Shown: positions 27,569 to 37,820 of the stretch, in pieces
Layout of the letters: every line of letters starts with the position of its first letter
Position numbering within the stretch: position 1 is the stretch's first letter
Source: Candidatus Falkowbacteria bacterium
Lineage (GTDB): Bacteria > Patescibacteriota > Patescibacteriia > UBA11705 > JABHMO01
Length of the DNA stretch: 64,000 nt
Reading direction: 5' to 3'
Assembly: GCA_018674305.1 (NCBI GenBank)
Contig: JABHAL010000015.1
Span: forward strand, 128,532 to 192,531
Translations under genes and position numbers: made by a program
The notes under the pieces: generated by a model
The model's database searches: none
What the model saw: the letters and a program-made list of their open reading frames with translations, nothing else
What the model was told of the DNA's origin: nothing

Positions 27569-30500
27569 TTAAACGCGCTGTCTATTCCTCAGACCAAGCA
27601 AGATACCTCCTAAAAGTAGAAACAGGACAATTCCTGTTGCTTGTCCGTTCTGAGATGTAGAACATCCGTCTGAACTTGAACACCAGTTTCTATCGCTACT
27701 GACAGAAAACTCTTTCTTGGCAGTAACTGTCTGGTCATTATTTTTCACCGTAATTTTAACTTCATGTTTCCCAGTGCTACCACACTCAAGGAAAACATAA
27801 GCTTCAACGTGATAATGATCATCCACCCACATAAAATTACTGTTGATATCTGTATCGACAGATAAAGAACCAAAGATATAGGAGAACTGTTCACTCTCTG
27901 GAACATTATCAGACCCATACAGATCAAAGCTTATGACCATATGAGTAGCTTCTTGAGCGTTATTAATCGACAAATTTTCTATGGCTAAATCACCCTCTGC
28001 TTTAGGCTTATTACCACAAGAAGTGATTATAACTTGTTTTGTCGTGCTAGTAGTAATATTGTCGATGTTTATATTCATTGTCACTTGATAAGTTCCCGGC
28101 TGATCATAAATATGAGTTGCTTTCAATTGCAAAGCCCCATTACCTATAAGACCAGCTGAACAAGCAACTTGTTCAAAACCCTCAAGTCCAAAGTTCACAT
28201 AGCAACTGACAACCTGACTTGGAACCGCATTGTAGATAAGCCATTCCGACTTAACATCACAGAATCCCATATTCACCACATAGTAATTCTGTCCCTTGAC
28301 AACGGGGTCACCTGTCGGAACTTCACCTTCAACGCATTCTCCGTCTTGACAAAACTCATTCTGAGCACAGGGTTGTTTGATGGCCACCTTTTCCCCATCT
28401 TCACTTATCCACCAAACATCATTCTCAAAACAACCAAGTTCGAACACAACGGAGCAGTCCATTTCCAGGCAGTACTCAATTAATCCTGCCGGCAAAAGCC
28501 CATGTTTACCCAACATCTTCATTAAGTCTTCGTCTTTTACCTTGTCGAGCATTTTTTGAAGAACTAATTTTGCATCTTTGATCAACAAGTTTGCTTCTGC
28601 CGTTTTTGCATTGAAGGCAGACGTTCCCAAAGAACTTTTGATCTCATTAAGTAATGCTGTATCCTTGGAAATCATGGCCTGAGCAAGACCCTGTGTATTA
28701 ATATCAGCTAAATCATCAAAAGAGTCTCTGACTACTAATTTCACTGAATCTCGATATTTTGTTTTCCAGCCCTGAACTCCAAACATATTTTGAGTTGGAT
28801 GACCGCCACCCCAAAGATCTGCTAGCACCTCCAAGATTGCAGCTTGTGCACCCTCTTTGGCAATAGGAATGCCCAGCTCATAAACTAAAATAGCTTTAGA
28901 CTTTGCATGCATATACTCATGCATAACAATAGAAGTTAAAACTGCTTTCACATCAGCCAGATAAGTAGCTATAGGAACTGCTGAATCTGCAGAGCCGTAT
29001 AACAACTCCTTCAATCGTCCTTCATGTACTGTGAAAATAATCATTTCATGGAACTCGTCTACATTATAAGCAGCTGGAATAGCTTCATCTATTCCATTGA
29101 AAAGCTCCTCGCTTTTTTTGAACCAATTATACTCACCTAGACTAGCCAAGGGATCAGCAGTAACTGCAAGAGCTTCAAACCCTTTAACGCTTGGGGCTTG
29201 ACCATCAATTGCCTCTAGTGCCTTTTTAAGATTTCCACTACTAATCACTTCACGCATCACCAATCTATCAACTTCTGAAAATTTCATGGAAAAAAGAGAT
29301 TTGTAATTATAGAATGGATATTTTTTAACTAGAGCAACAGCATCACCTCTAACACTTTCCAGAACAAGTGGGTCTTTGATTTTCTTTACGTGAATTTTTC
29401 CACTTCTAGCAAAGACCACAAACTTTTCAGTTTTTCCACTTGTTAAATACTTGATGTATCGCAATCCATGTTTTCCAAGAAAGACAAGTCCCTTGATGGC
29501 ATTGTAACCAAGGTCAACAAATGCCAAGATTGCCACAACATAAGCTAGTTTTGGATACGTATCTTCTAGCAGAATAAAACCTGCGGTCTCACCACAAACA
29601 CCCAGAAGAGCAATCCCAATTGGAGCAGTGGCTACCTCAAATATTCCTGCAACAATCAAGAAGACTGAAGCTCCATAACACGAACCATACAATAAAATCT
29701 CATCAAAGTTGTCCATCATCCAGTCAAGACCAAAGAGACCGATATCAAGCACATCGTCCATCACATACAGCCCATTCTCGTCCCACCATTCAAAACACGT
29801 AGCTGATGTATCCGTTTCTGGACTGAGACACGGTGATTCCGTCAGATTAACGATAGAATCAATCATCCCCATCATTTCAATGATTTTTTCTTGCGGGATT
29901 ACGTTCAAGTCTATCACATAAGCATCATTATCATTGAGGAAAATATTCGTTTTGACCAACAACTCCAGTGAATCTCCACCATGAATTGCTTGCCAACTGA
30001 ACTCGAATTCATCCCCCTCAAAGAGGACAAAGTCCTGACTTAACTCCTCTTCTGCGTCTACGAGTAATATTTCAACCTCAATGTAATTCGGAACATTTTC
30101 TGCACAAAATGCAGAAAATGTAATTTCAAGTAAGGCAATGTCACCCTCAAAAACTGCAGTAGCGACAGAGCCGTCTTCATGTTTCCACTGCGCGCTTATA
30201 ATTTCACACGGAGATGGATTATAAACACAATCACCAAACACACAAGAGTAAAATTCCGGACACAGATTCACATCACCCCAGTCACAACACTGTCCATCGC
30301 ACTCACATTCGCGATAACCAAAACCAAAACACTCTTTTTCGTTTGGTTCGCAATTGCTTTCACAACAAGGAGAAATACATTCCCCTGCCTGGCAACCACA
30401 TGAGCAAGGATCAGCGTCCAAATAGTAACAATCCAAATCATTTGAGGAGCACTTTCCATTACTCAACACCGAACTGTAATTTGATGAACATACATTTGGT

Positions 30501-32110
30501 AATTCAGTGCAATCATCAATAATTTCAGTCGTTACATCACAACCATTTTTCCAAACTAGATTATCATTTTCGCAAGTCTGATAATCCTTGGTGGGCAAAC
30601 AGTCGTTAACACAATAACCGTCACTACAGACCTTGTTTGATCCACACTGATAAGTTTGCTTTTGTAAGCATCCGTCCTTGAGTAGACAAGTCCACTTTTG
30701 GGACGGGCTATTACAACCAACCTCATTCAGCTCGCAGATTTCATCGCAACAAGGCTCAAGACAGGAATCATTCTGACAACCACAGTCACACTCTATAACT
30801 TCAAGTGTCACAGGTGACCAGTCATCCTGACATGCACCATTCTGGCAAATCTCCTGCATCTGATTTTGAATAACATGCTCATCGCCTGATTTGCAGATTG
30901 AATAACTTGAACCATTCTGTGTTCCGTCACAAGGATCAATTTGATGGTGTGGCGAATTATTCGAATCATAGCACCAGATTCCACCCAAATGACATTTTTC
31001 ACTTGCACAACTGTTGTAACAATTAGTTTTGCAACTACCGTTTAGACAGCCACAATCACAATCAGTTTCAACAGCGTAATAGCAATCCTTGTCTTGCGGA
31101 GAGCAAAAACCGTTGCTTAAAACATTCCCGGCAGCATTACAAACATCAGGTTGTTCATCACAGTCTTCAATTATGCTAGTTTGGACATTGCAAGAATTTT
31201 TCCAAACTAATTTACCAGCCACACAAAATTTATTTGCTTGTACTGGCAAGCAGTCTGAAACACAATTACCCGCGTTACAAACCTTACCAACCCCACAATT
31301 AACATAATCTTTTTCGTAACAACCGTTTGTATTGTTAAAATCACAGGTCCACTTTTGAGTATTATTAGCGTTACAGCCTACTTGAGCGGAAGAGCAATTA
31401 CTCTGACAGGACTGGCATTTATCATTGTAACAATTACATGATTCATAATGCCATTCCAAACAAGTATCGCTGTCAAAATTGCCACAAGTTTTGAGCATAT
31501 TACTGCTCATACATTCCTTGTCGCCATAATCATCACACTCATCATCACAGAGCAACACACACTCACCATCGTCACATTCTGTGCCTAGTTCACAATTAGC
31601 CCAGTCTTTTTCATAGCAACCAGTATTGGAATTATAATCACAGTCCCACACTTTGCTACCAGAATTATTACAACCATCACTGCCTGACGAACATTCATCA
31701 TCACATTCAATACATTCACCGTTACTGCAACCATTATCGCAATAATCAATTACCTGCATACCTGAATAAACTGCCTCTTGTTTGCAAGTAGTATTACTAC
31801 AATACGGTTCATAATCATAGGAATCATACTGAAGCCAATTACCATCGCAATAGGCCTGAGAGTCATAGCCACCAAAGGCTGTACACTCTTCATCGACATG
31901 ATCCCATTCGTTATCAGAATTAATACACCAAATATCTCCATTCTTGCATTGTCGATCAACACAAGTATGAAAACATTTAAAATAACTACAATACCCAGAA
32001 CAGCAAGAACCACCAGTAGCACACCAGCCACCGTTACCTGTGCAAGCCTCAGCTTGATTAGCAAAGCCCAAACAAAACAACAAAACAATAGCAAAAATTG
32101 CATTTCTCAT
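27569..32110 (-). CDS. 1513-aa Cys-rich exported protein with central HExxH domain, PKD-like domain and MYXO-CTERM-like tail
   Basis: Signal peptide (AEA), ~600 aa of Cys-rich repeats, hydrophobic segment, MHEYMH..E, HIYDQPGTYQV, C-terminal DGCS..hydrophobic..RNRQR. Confidence 0.85.
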   Translation of the reverse strand: MRNAIFAIVLLFCLGFANQAEACTGNGGWCATGGSCCSGYCSYFKCFHTCVDRQCKNGDIWCINSDNEWDHVDEECTAFGGYDSQAYCDGNWLQYDSYDYEPYCSNTTCKQEAVYSGMQVIDYCDNGCSNGECIECDDECSSGSDGCNNSGSKVWDCDYNSNTGCYEKDWANCELGTECDDGECVLLCDDECDDYGDKECMSSNMLKTCGNFDSDTCLEWHYESCNCYNDKCQSCQSNCSSAQVGCNANNTQKWTCDFNNTNGCYEKDYVNCGVGKVCNAGNCVSDCLPVQANKFCVAGKLVWKNSCNVQTSIIEDCDEQPDVCNAAGNVLSNGFCSPQDKDCYYAVETDCDCGCLNGSCKTNCYNSCASEKCHLGGIWCYDSNNSPHHQIDPCDGTQNGSSYSICKSGDEHVIQNQMQEICQNGACQDDWSPVTLEVIECDCGCQNDSCLEPCCDEICELNEVGCNSPSQKWTCLLKDGCLQKQTYQCGSNKVCSDGYCVNDCLPTKDYQTCENDNLVWKNGCDVTTEIIDDCTELPNVCSSNYSSVLSNGKCSSNDLDCYYLDADPCSCGCQAGECISPCCESNCEPNEKECFGFGYRECECDGQCCDWGDVNLCPEFYSCVFGDCVYNPSPCEIISAQWKHEDGSVATAVFEGDIALLEITFSAFCAENVPNYIEVEILLVDAEEELSQDFVLFEGDEFEFSWQAIHGGDSLELLVKTNIFLNDNDAYVIDLNVIPQEKIIEMMGMIDSIVNLTESPCLSPETDTSATCFEWWDENGLYVMDDVLDIGLFGLDWMMDNFDEILLYGSCYGASVFLIVAGIFEVATAPIGIALLGVCGETAGFILLEDTYPKLAYVVAILAFVDLGYNAIKGLVFLGKHGLRYIKYLTSGKTEKFVVFARSGKIHVKKIKDPLVLESVRGDAVALVKKYPFYNYKSLFSMKFSEVDRLVMREVISSGNLKKALEAIDGQAPSVKGFEALAVTADPLASLGEYNWFKKSEELFNGIDEAIPAAYNVDEFHEMIIFTVHEGRLKELLYGSADSAVPIATYLADVKAVLTSIVMHEYMHAKSKAILVYELGIPIAKEGAQAAILEVLADLWGGGHPTQNMFGVQGWKTKYRDSVKLVVRDSFDDLADINTQGLAQAMISKDTALLNEIKSSLGTSAFNAKTAEANLLIKDAKLVLQKMLDKVKDEDLMKMLGKHGLLPAGLIEYCLEMDCSVVFELGCFENDVWWISEDGEKVAIKQPCAQNEFCQDGECVEGEVPTGDPVVKGQNYYVVNMGFCDVKSEWLIYNAVPSQVVSCYVNFGLEGFEQVACSAGLIGNGALQLKATHIYDQPGTYQVTMNINIDNITTSTTKQVIITSCGNKPKAEGDLAIENLSINNAQEATHMVISFDLYGSDNVPESEQFSYIFGSLSVDTDINSNFMWVDDHYHVEAYVFLECGSTGKHEVKITVKNNDQTVTAKKEFSVSSDRNWCSSSDGCSTSQNGQATGIVLFLLLGGILLGLRNRQRV

Positions 32111-32275
32111 GATTCACCTCTTTTTTAGGTTTCAATTTGTGTTGTCAACGAACTTTCATTAACATTGTACACTATCACACTACAACAAAAAAATCAAGCT
32201 AAACAAAAAGTTGAGATTAATACTCTCAACTTTTGACTTTTGGCTAAAATTAAACCTTTTCAACTAATAATCTTA

Positions 32276-33679
32276 TCATTTACAATAGCCTTGAGTATAA
32301 GGCAATCCATAGCTTTGATGTAATTTAATATTTGCATGATCACGATTATCTAAATTCATATCCCACAAAGACAAAGCTTTTCTCACTGCACCTTTAGTAA
32401 TAACCACTGTTTTTACTTCACCTATGTCTGGTCTATTGTAATGATAACACCCCTCTAATCCAATAATTGAAGGATTTTCCACACAAGTATAAGAAAAGCA
32501 TCCTGAAACACCTTGATTATGATCTGGGCAATAAGTTATTAAGCCATAGTCTGGCTCAATGAGCGTGCCATCAGTCGGATTAAATACATGCCAGGCGCCA
32601 TCAAAATAGACGTTAGCAAAAACATGCCCGTTGGCAGGAACAGCAGAGCAACCATTTTCTAATTGATTATATAAATCTAATTCTATGGTGTCCACATAAA
32701 TAGCAGGATAGCCAAGTTCTCTAGCTAAGGCCACAAATCCAATTCCAAAATCCGTACAACCCTGCATATAATCACTATTAGAAATCATATTTTCGGCAGT
32801 TTTCACTCCTTTGTCAATTTCAAATACTTTTGGAGAAATATCATAAATCTCCTTTTCAAGATAGCTTGTAATTTTTTTCAAAACTGCAATCGGTTTATTC
32901 AGTTGGACATTATTTTTTATTTGATTCACTGCCTGCTCTATTGAATTCCCGTCATCGGTTTGCATATCATTATGAAGCCATTCTTCTATTTCCGGTGGAG
33001 CACATCTTTTTTCTGCCGGCAAACATAACGCTGAACTGCAATCATTATCCCCCTGACAATTTTTATTTATACCGCATTTTTTACCGAATTTTTCTAAACA
33101 TTTTCCACCGCAATCTATATCAGTTTCAAAAACTTCTTTCTGACCATTATTACAAAGTTCTATCATCTCAACACATAAACTTTCATAACATGAGCCGGAT
33201 TTGCAGTCCTTACCTTTTTGACAAACAGAACCGTTGGCTTTACCACATTCACCACCCACATCAGCTCCGGTTTCGTTCTGATTTTTTACATTATCAAAAC
33301 AAGTTGGTGGTAAACAGACTTTACCATTAACCTCTTCAAAAATTTCTTCCGAAGAACCGCATACTCCACTTAAACAATCAAATTTACTAACACAAGAAAT
33401 ACCAACTGGCGATTTTCCTTTATTCTTTCCAATAGATGACGATAAGCTTTTTACCCCTCCCAAAATATTGATTAATGAAGATTCTGGTTTAGTTACAACT
33501 TTCACGTCCACTACTGATTCTCTGGTTGATAATTCTTTTTTTTCAGCTTTTTGTTTTCTCATGTTCGTAGCAATTCCAGCTGCTGCAATGCCCCACATCC
33601 CCAATACTATAATTATAACTGCTACTTTTTGGTAGGTTTTTAACTGAGTTTTTTCCGCTGTCCTAGGTTTTGCTTGCAT
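32276..33679 (-). CDS. Membrane-anchored Cys-rich protein with transglutaminase-like domain
   Basis: ETDIDCGG repeats; GCTDF..FVALARELGYPA..GHVFA.V...W..FNPT. Confidence 0.8.
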   Translation of the reverse strand: MQAKPRTAEKTQLKTYQKVAVIIIVLGMWGIAAAGIATNMRKQKAEKKELSTRESVVDVKVVTKPESSLINILGGVKSLSSSIGKNKGKSPVGISCVSKFDCLSGVCGSSEEIFEEVNGKVCLPPTCFDNVKNQNETGADVGGECGKANGSVCQKGKDCKSGSCYESLCVEMIELCNNGQKEVFETDIDCGGKCLEKFGKKCGINKNCQGDNDCSSALCLPAEKRCAPPEIEEWLHNDMQTDDGNSIEQAVNQIKNNVQLNKPIAVLKKITSYLEKEIYDISPKVFEIDKGVKTAENMISNSDYMQGCTDFGIGFVALARELGYPAIYVDTIELDLYNQLENGCSAVPANGHVFANVYFDGAWHVFNPTDGTLIEPDYGLITYCPDHNQGVSGCFSYTCVENPSIIGLEGCYHYNRPDIGEVKTVVITKGAVRKALSLWDMNLDNRDHANIKLHQSYGLPYTQGYCK

Positions 33680-33831
33680 AAAATAATATTGTTATTTTCA
33701 TACTAATCATAACTCAATATTAAAATATTTACAATTGACAACTCCTTCAATTTTAACTAAAATAGAATTGAATTGATCATTAATAATTTAATTTACCTCT
33801 CGACAAGCTCGAGACATATGAGGAGCCCCCA

Positions 33832-35669
33832 ATGTTCGAGATCATTAAAATAGATGGAAAGTTGTTCAGACACGAAGTATTATGCACGAAGGAATTTTTC
33901 CTACCAATGAAGAGAAAAAACCAAATTCATTGGGCAGCAATGAGTGAAGCTGAAATCATCTTGTATGCAAAAGCTTATTGTCAGCATCATGAAATCAAAA
34001 GACAGAGGCACCTTGCCAATGGAAAGAACAAACACGACGGGCTTTACAACATCCTTTATAAATCCAAATGGATGAGGCAAGTTTTCATCGTCGATGAAAC
34101 TAAACCTGTAAGACTGGGTGAGGATGATTTTATTATACCTTTGGATGGTGGCGGCAGGGTCAGCTGGAAAAGCATGTCGCGTCAGGAAAAAATTGATTAT
34201 ATAATTGCCTACTGCAAGGAGTTTAATATTACCAACTCCACACAACTCCAAAAAGGTCCTAACAAGAACCCCGGAATGCACAGTAGGTTACTTGACGATA
34301 AACTGATGACTGACATCTTCGACCGAGAAAGGCTTGAAACGTTGTGTGGAGAACCCTTTCTTATTCCTCTATGTGCAATTGACAAAGTTGCTTGGGAAAA
34401 AATGTCCGAAGACGAGATCATTGAATATGCAAAAGCTTATTGCAAACATCACAAGATCAAAGGCTCTGGGGCATTGTCAAATCACAAAACTAAGCGCAAC
34501 ACAGGCATGTACAAAGCACTCATGGACAGAACCTTGCTAGATCGAGTTTTCAGCCGACCAAAAACAAAATCCTATCCAGTCAACGGAACAACATATACTT
34601 TCCAAATTCGCAAAAACCGACAAATTGACTGGAAATTGGTAACTAAAAAGAGATTAGAAAAATTTGGTCGAGATTACTGCATCGAATACGGGATAAAAAC
34701 TCGCACTCAATTGAAAAACAAAAATGCGGGACTGTGCAACCAAAAGAGACGCCAAAGTGCTTGATCTGGTTTTGCCACAAAAATTCAGACCTTTCCCTAT
34801 TGGCCAAGAAACATTTCGTCTGCCTATGATTGGCAGCCGGATCGCCTGGAAACTTTGGACAAACCAAGAACTACTTACGTTTGCCAAAGCTTATATCATA
34901 GAACACAACATTGCGGACTCAGGAGACTTGGGATACGGAAATCATAGATTCTCTGAATTGTACAAGTGCCTGATTCGATGTGAACTCATGCATGATTTAT
35001 TTAATCTTGAAAGCGAAAGACCAGAAAAATGGCAGGAACAGGAATTTACACTTCCAATCCTCACTACCGGTGATGTAAATTGGGAAAAATTCGACAATAA
35101 AAAACTCGAAAATTATGCCAAAGCATATTGCGCGCACTTTGCGATTGTTTACCGAGAGCAACTCAAGAAAAAAAAACGAAGCACTTGTTGGGGTATTAGA
35201 AAGAAGAAAATTAATACACAAAATTTTTCCCAAAGAAACTACCGTCTTAGCCTTTGAAAGCCGTCATTTCAAATTCAAGGTAAGAAGAGCGAAAGTTCTC
35301 TGGCACTTAGCTAAAATTGAAACTCTGAATATTTACGCCGCGTGTTGGTGTATTGCAAATAAAAAAAACGTCAACGACCTACCAAAAGAAATAAAATAAC
35401 ATATTCAGATTGGCACTGTCGCAAGATTTACAAAACATCTACCGACACTGAATATCGAAATCGCTGGTGAACTGAGATGGAAATACGAGATATCCAGCAA
35501 CAACGATATTCCTGAAGAAATTCTTTGGGCCCTTGGTTACGAACGCTATAACAACACGGCGTTGAGAGCAAGAGGGATTAGAAAAATCAAGCCAAAACAG
35601 CCAGTAAAGGTTTCTTCAGTGAAAGAAGTCTTAGACGCTGGACAAATCCCAACGGTGGACGATTTCTGA
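33832..35669 (+). pseudogene. Disrupted repeat protein (W..MS..E...YAKAYC repeats) with two frameshifts and one nonsense codon
   Basis: ORFs 33832..34764, 34724..35257 and 35115..35399 continue the same repeat. The frame reopens after TAA 35397-35399 and runs to TGA 35669. Confidence 0.75.
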
Positions 35670-36051
35670 TACACCACCTAGCAATATGACAAGGGTTTTT
35701 AAAACTAAAGAAGACAAACGAATTCGAGTGAAAGGGATCCGTCGAATTGAGCGGTCCATTAGAACAACATAAAGACTACTAGTGAATCTACTGGTGGTCT
35801 TTTTTATTTTGATTAAAACATTAATTAAGAGTCTAAACTTATCCTTCGGAGAGTTACTTTTATAACCTGCCTCGACTGACGTCGGTCAAGGCGGCCGCCC
35901 CTCCAGCTCCCCCAGAAAGTAAGGGAATCCTTCCCTTACCATCCCTGGTTCGAGTCCTCCTACTTCGCACAAGAGTTTTTATTGGCTTGCCATGAACCCG
36001 AAGAATCATCTAAATAAAAACCACCCACCTTGTAAAAAGATGAGTGGTTCA

Positions 36052-36378
36052 TGGCTCTGCGAGTCGGACTCGAACCGACGACCTACTGGTTACACTTATC
36101 CAAGGATTTCTCCAGGGCGTGGACTATATCATCACCATAGCAAATGCTTTAGGCGCGAGGCGCTTCCACCTTGATGTAAAAATCAAAGTGTACTCCTAAA
36201 AAGGATAGTCTCTGAACCTTCCCCAACTAATGTTAGGGCTTGGCTGCGGATTAGCATATCACAATTGACTTAGCCTTCCCGACAATTCACCTCGTTATTC
36301 ACCCCAATGTTTCCAAAGGGGGCTGCGTTATATTTTTGTGTACACAGCCAGTTGCTCTACCAACTGAGCTATCGCAGA
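36052..36378 (-). tRNA. tRNA-Asn(GTT) split by a group I intron (exons 36344-36378 and 36052-36092)
   Basis: Joined exons: TCTGCGATAGCTCAGTTGGTAGAGCAACTGGCTGT|TAACCAGTAGGTCGTCGGTTCGAGTCCGACTCGCAGAGCCA. Full cloverleaf with encoded CCA. Confidence 0.93.
36093..36343 (-). ncRNA. Group I self-splicing intron (251 nt, no ORF)
   Basis: P AATTGTCGGGAA, Q AATCCGCAGC, R GTTCAGAGACTA, S ATGATATAGTCC. The 5' exon ends in U and the intron ends in G. Confidence 0.92.
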
Positions 36379-36388
36379 ATAATGTTTT

Positions 36389-36444
36389 TACCAACTGCGT
36401 GTCCGCCGAAGCTTTAGCGTAGGCGGGAGCTATCGCAGAATAAT
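36389..36444 (-). repeat. Duplicate of the tRNA 5' end interrupted by a 30-nt palindromic element
   Basis: taccaactg[cgtgtccgccgaagctttagcgtaggcggg]agctatcgcagaataat versus 36358-36383. Confidence 0.8.
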
Positions 36445-36508
36445 TCTGTAGTAAAATACTATCATATTATTTCAAAATATACAAGAGCCAAATATCAACA
36501 AATATTCG

Positions 36509-36874
36509 CTACCGGTAACAACAGTCCGTACAGTTCGGACCAAAGAACAAACCCTCCGGAGTGAAGAATTCCTTTTTTTCTTCTTCTGTTCCTTTATAAT
36601 ATTTACCAAATAATATTTTGCAGATCGCTTTGCTTTTTACAATACAGGTATAGTCATAACCATCGGACCATCCTTTCACTTGTCTATCCATCACTCCACC
36701 ACCAAGCACACACAAGGGCTCTAAATAATTTTTTCCGAGAGTTACAAACTGCAAAGTCGGCGATCCAGAAACAATATCTCCGCCACCAAGTTCATTATAA
36801 AGCGGGAAATATAAAATAATTAAAACAGAAATTATTATTCCAATGATAATTAGATGGAGCTTTCTCTTTTCCAT
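36509..36874 (-). CDS. Small membrane-anchored hypothetical protein
   Basis: N-terminal TM and several Cys. Confidence 0.65.
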   Translation of the reverse strand: MEKRKLHLIIIGIIISVLIILYFPLYNELGGGDIVSGSPTLQFVTLGKNYLEPLCVLGGGVMDRQVKGWSDGYDYTCIVKSKAICKILFGKYYKGTEEEKKEFFTPEGLFFGPNCTDCCYR

Positions 36875-36889
36875 AGATTTTATTTCTAT

Positions 36890-37702
36890 TTATTTTTCAA
36901 GTCCAATGAACGGGCTGGCCTGTCCCCAATAAGTTGGAACTTCACCATTCCATTTTTCAATCCAACGTAATTCCACAACTTTTGGATTAGATCTCAGCGC
37001 CTGAGCTTCAACATCAATAGCTGCAGCCTTTCCTTTTGCTTGGGCCACTTGTTGCTCAGCTTCAATCACAATTCTTTCCAAATCTCGATCTGCTTTTAAT
37101 TTCAACTGCTCAGCAGTAACCTTAGCTTCAATAGCCTCATTAAAAGCTGGTGAAAAACTAAAATCAATAATATTAAATTCATCAATAATAATTGACCGAG
37201 CTACAACTCTCTCTGCTAGATTCACTTTAATCTGATCTTTAACAGTTTCACGTTTAGTAATGAGTTCTTCCGCTGTGAACTTGGCAGTTACTGCCTTTAC
37301 TGCTTCCTGAATTGAAGGTGCAATAATACGAGAATTATAATTTTTTCCGACTTCCTGCCAAATCTTATTTACAGCCGCAGGATCTAAATGATAATTCAAA
37401 GCAATCTTAGAAGTAACAACCTGCAAATCTTTGGAAGATGCGCTAGCTGGAACTTCATCTTTTTGGATTTTAACATCCATAACCTCTACTTGTTGGATCA
37501 ATGGGATCTTGATGTAAAGGCCTTCGTCAAAAATCTTATCCTGAACTGCGCCAAACTGCAAAACTACGCCCCTCTGTCCAGCACCAATTGTACCAAAGCT
37601 TCCAAAAATTCCGACCAGGACAATGAAGCCTATTAATACATATACTGCAAACTTTCCTGCTTGTTTTAATTCTTTTACTTTCTTTGGTTCAATGATTTCC
37701 AT
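36890..37702 (-). CDS. Prohibitin/SPFH (band 7) family protein
   Basis: GQRGV...EGL..KIP, SKDLQ, AEELITKRE, FS..FN.AIEAK. Confidence 0.92.
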   Translation of the reverse strand: MEIIEPKKVKELKQAGKFAVYVLIGFIVLVGIFGSFGTIGAGQRGVVLQFGAVQDKIFDEGLYIKIPLIQQVEVMDVKIQKDEVPASASSKDLQVVTSKIALNYHLDPAAVNKIWQEVGKNYNSRIIAPSIQEAVKAVTAKFTAEELITKRETVKDQIKVNLAERVVARSIIIDEFNIIDFSFSPAFNEAIEAKVTAEQLKLKADRDLERIVIEAEQQVAQAKGKAAAIDVEAQALRSNPKVVELRWIEKWNGEVPTYWGQASPFIGLEK

Positions 37703-37820
37703 AGAATTAGAGATTAAATATTAAGTAATTAGTTAATTATACTTTTATCCTAGCACCATTTGAGGGAAATTTCAAATAAAAAACACCCTTGAATAAGATC
37801 AAGAGTGTTTATTAACTCAC

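Noticed and set aside
35992-36174. 60-aa plus-strand ORF
   Set aside because: It is antisense to the tRNA-Asn 3' exon and the group I intron.
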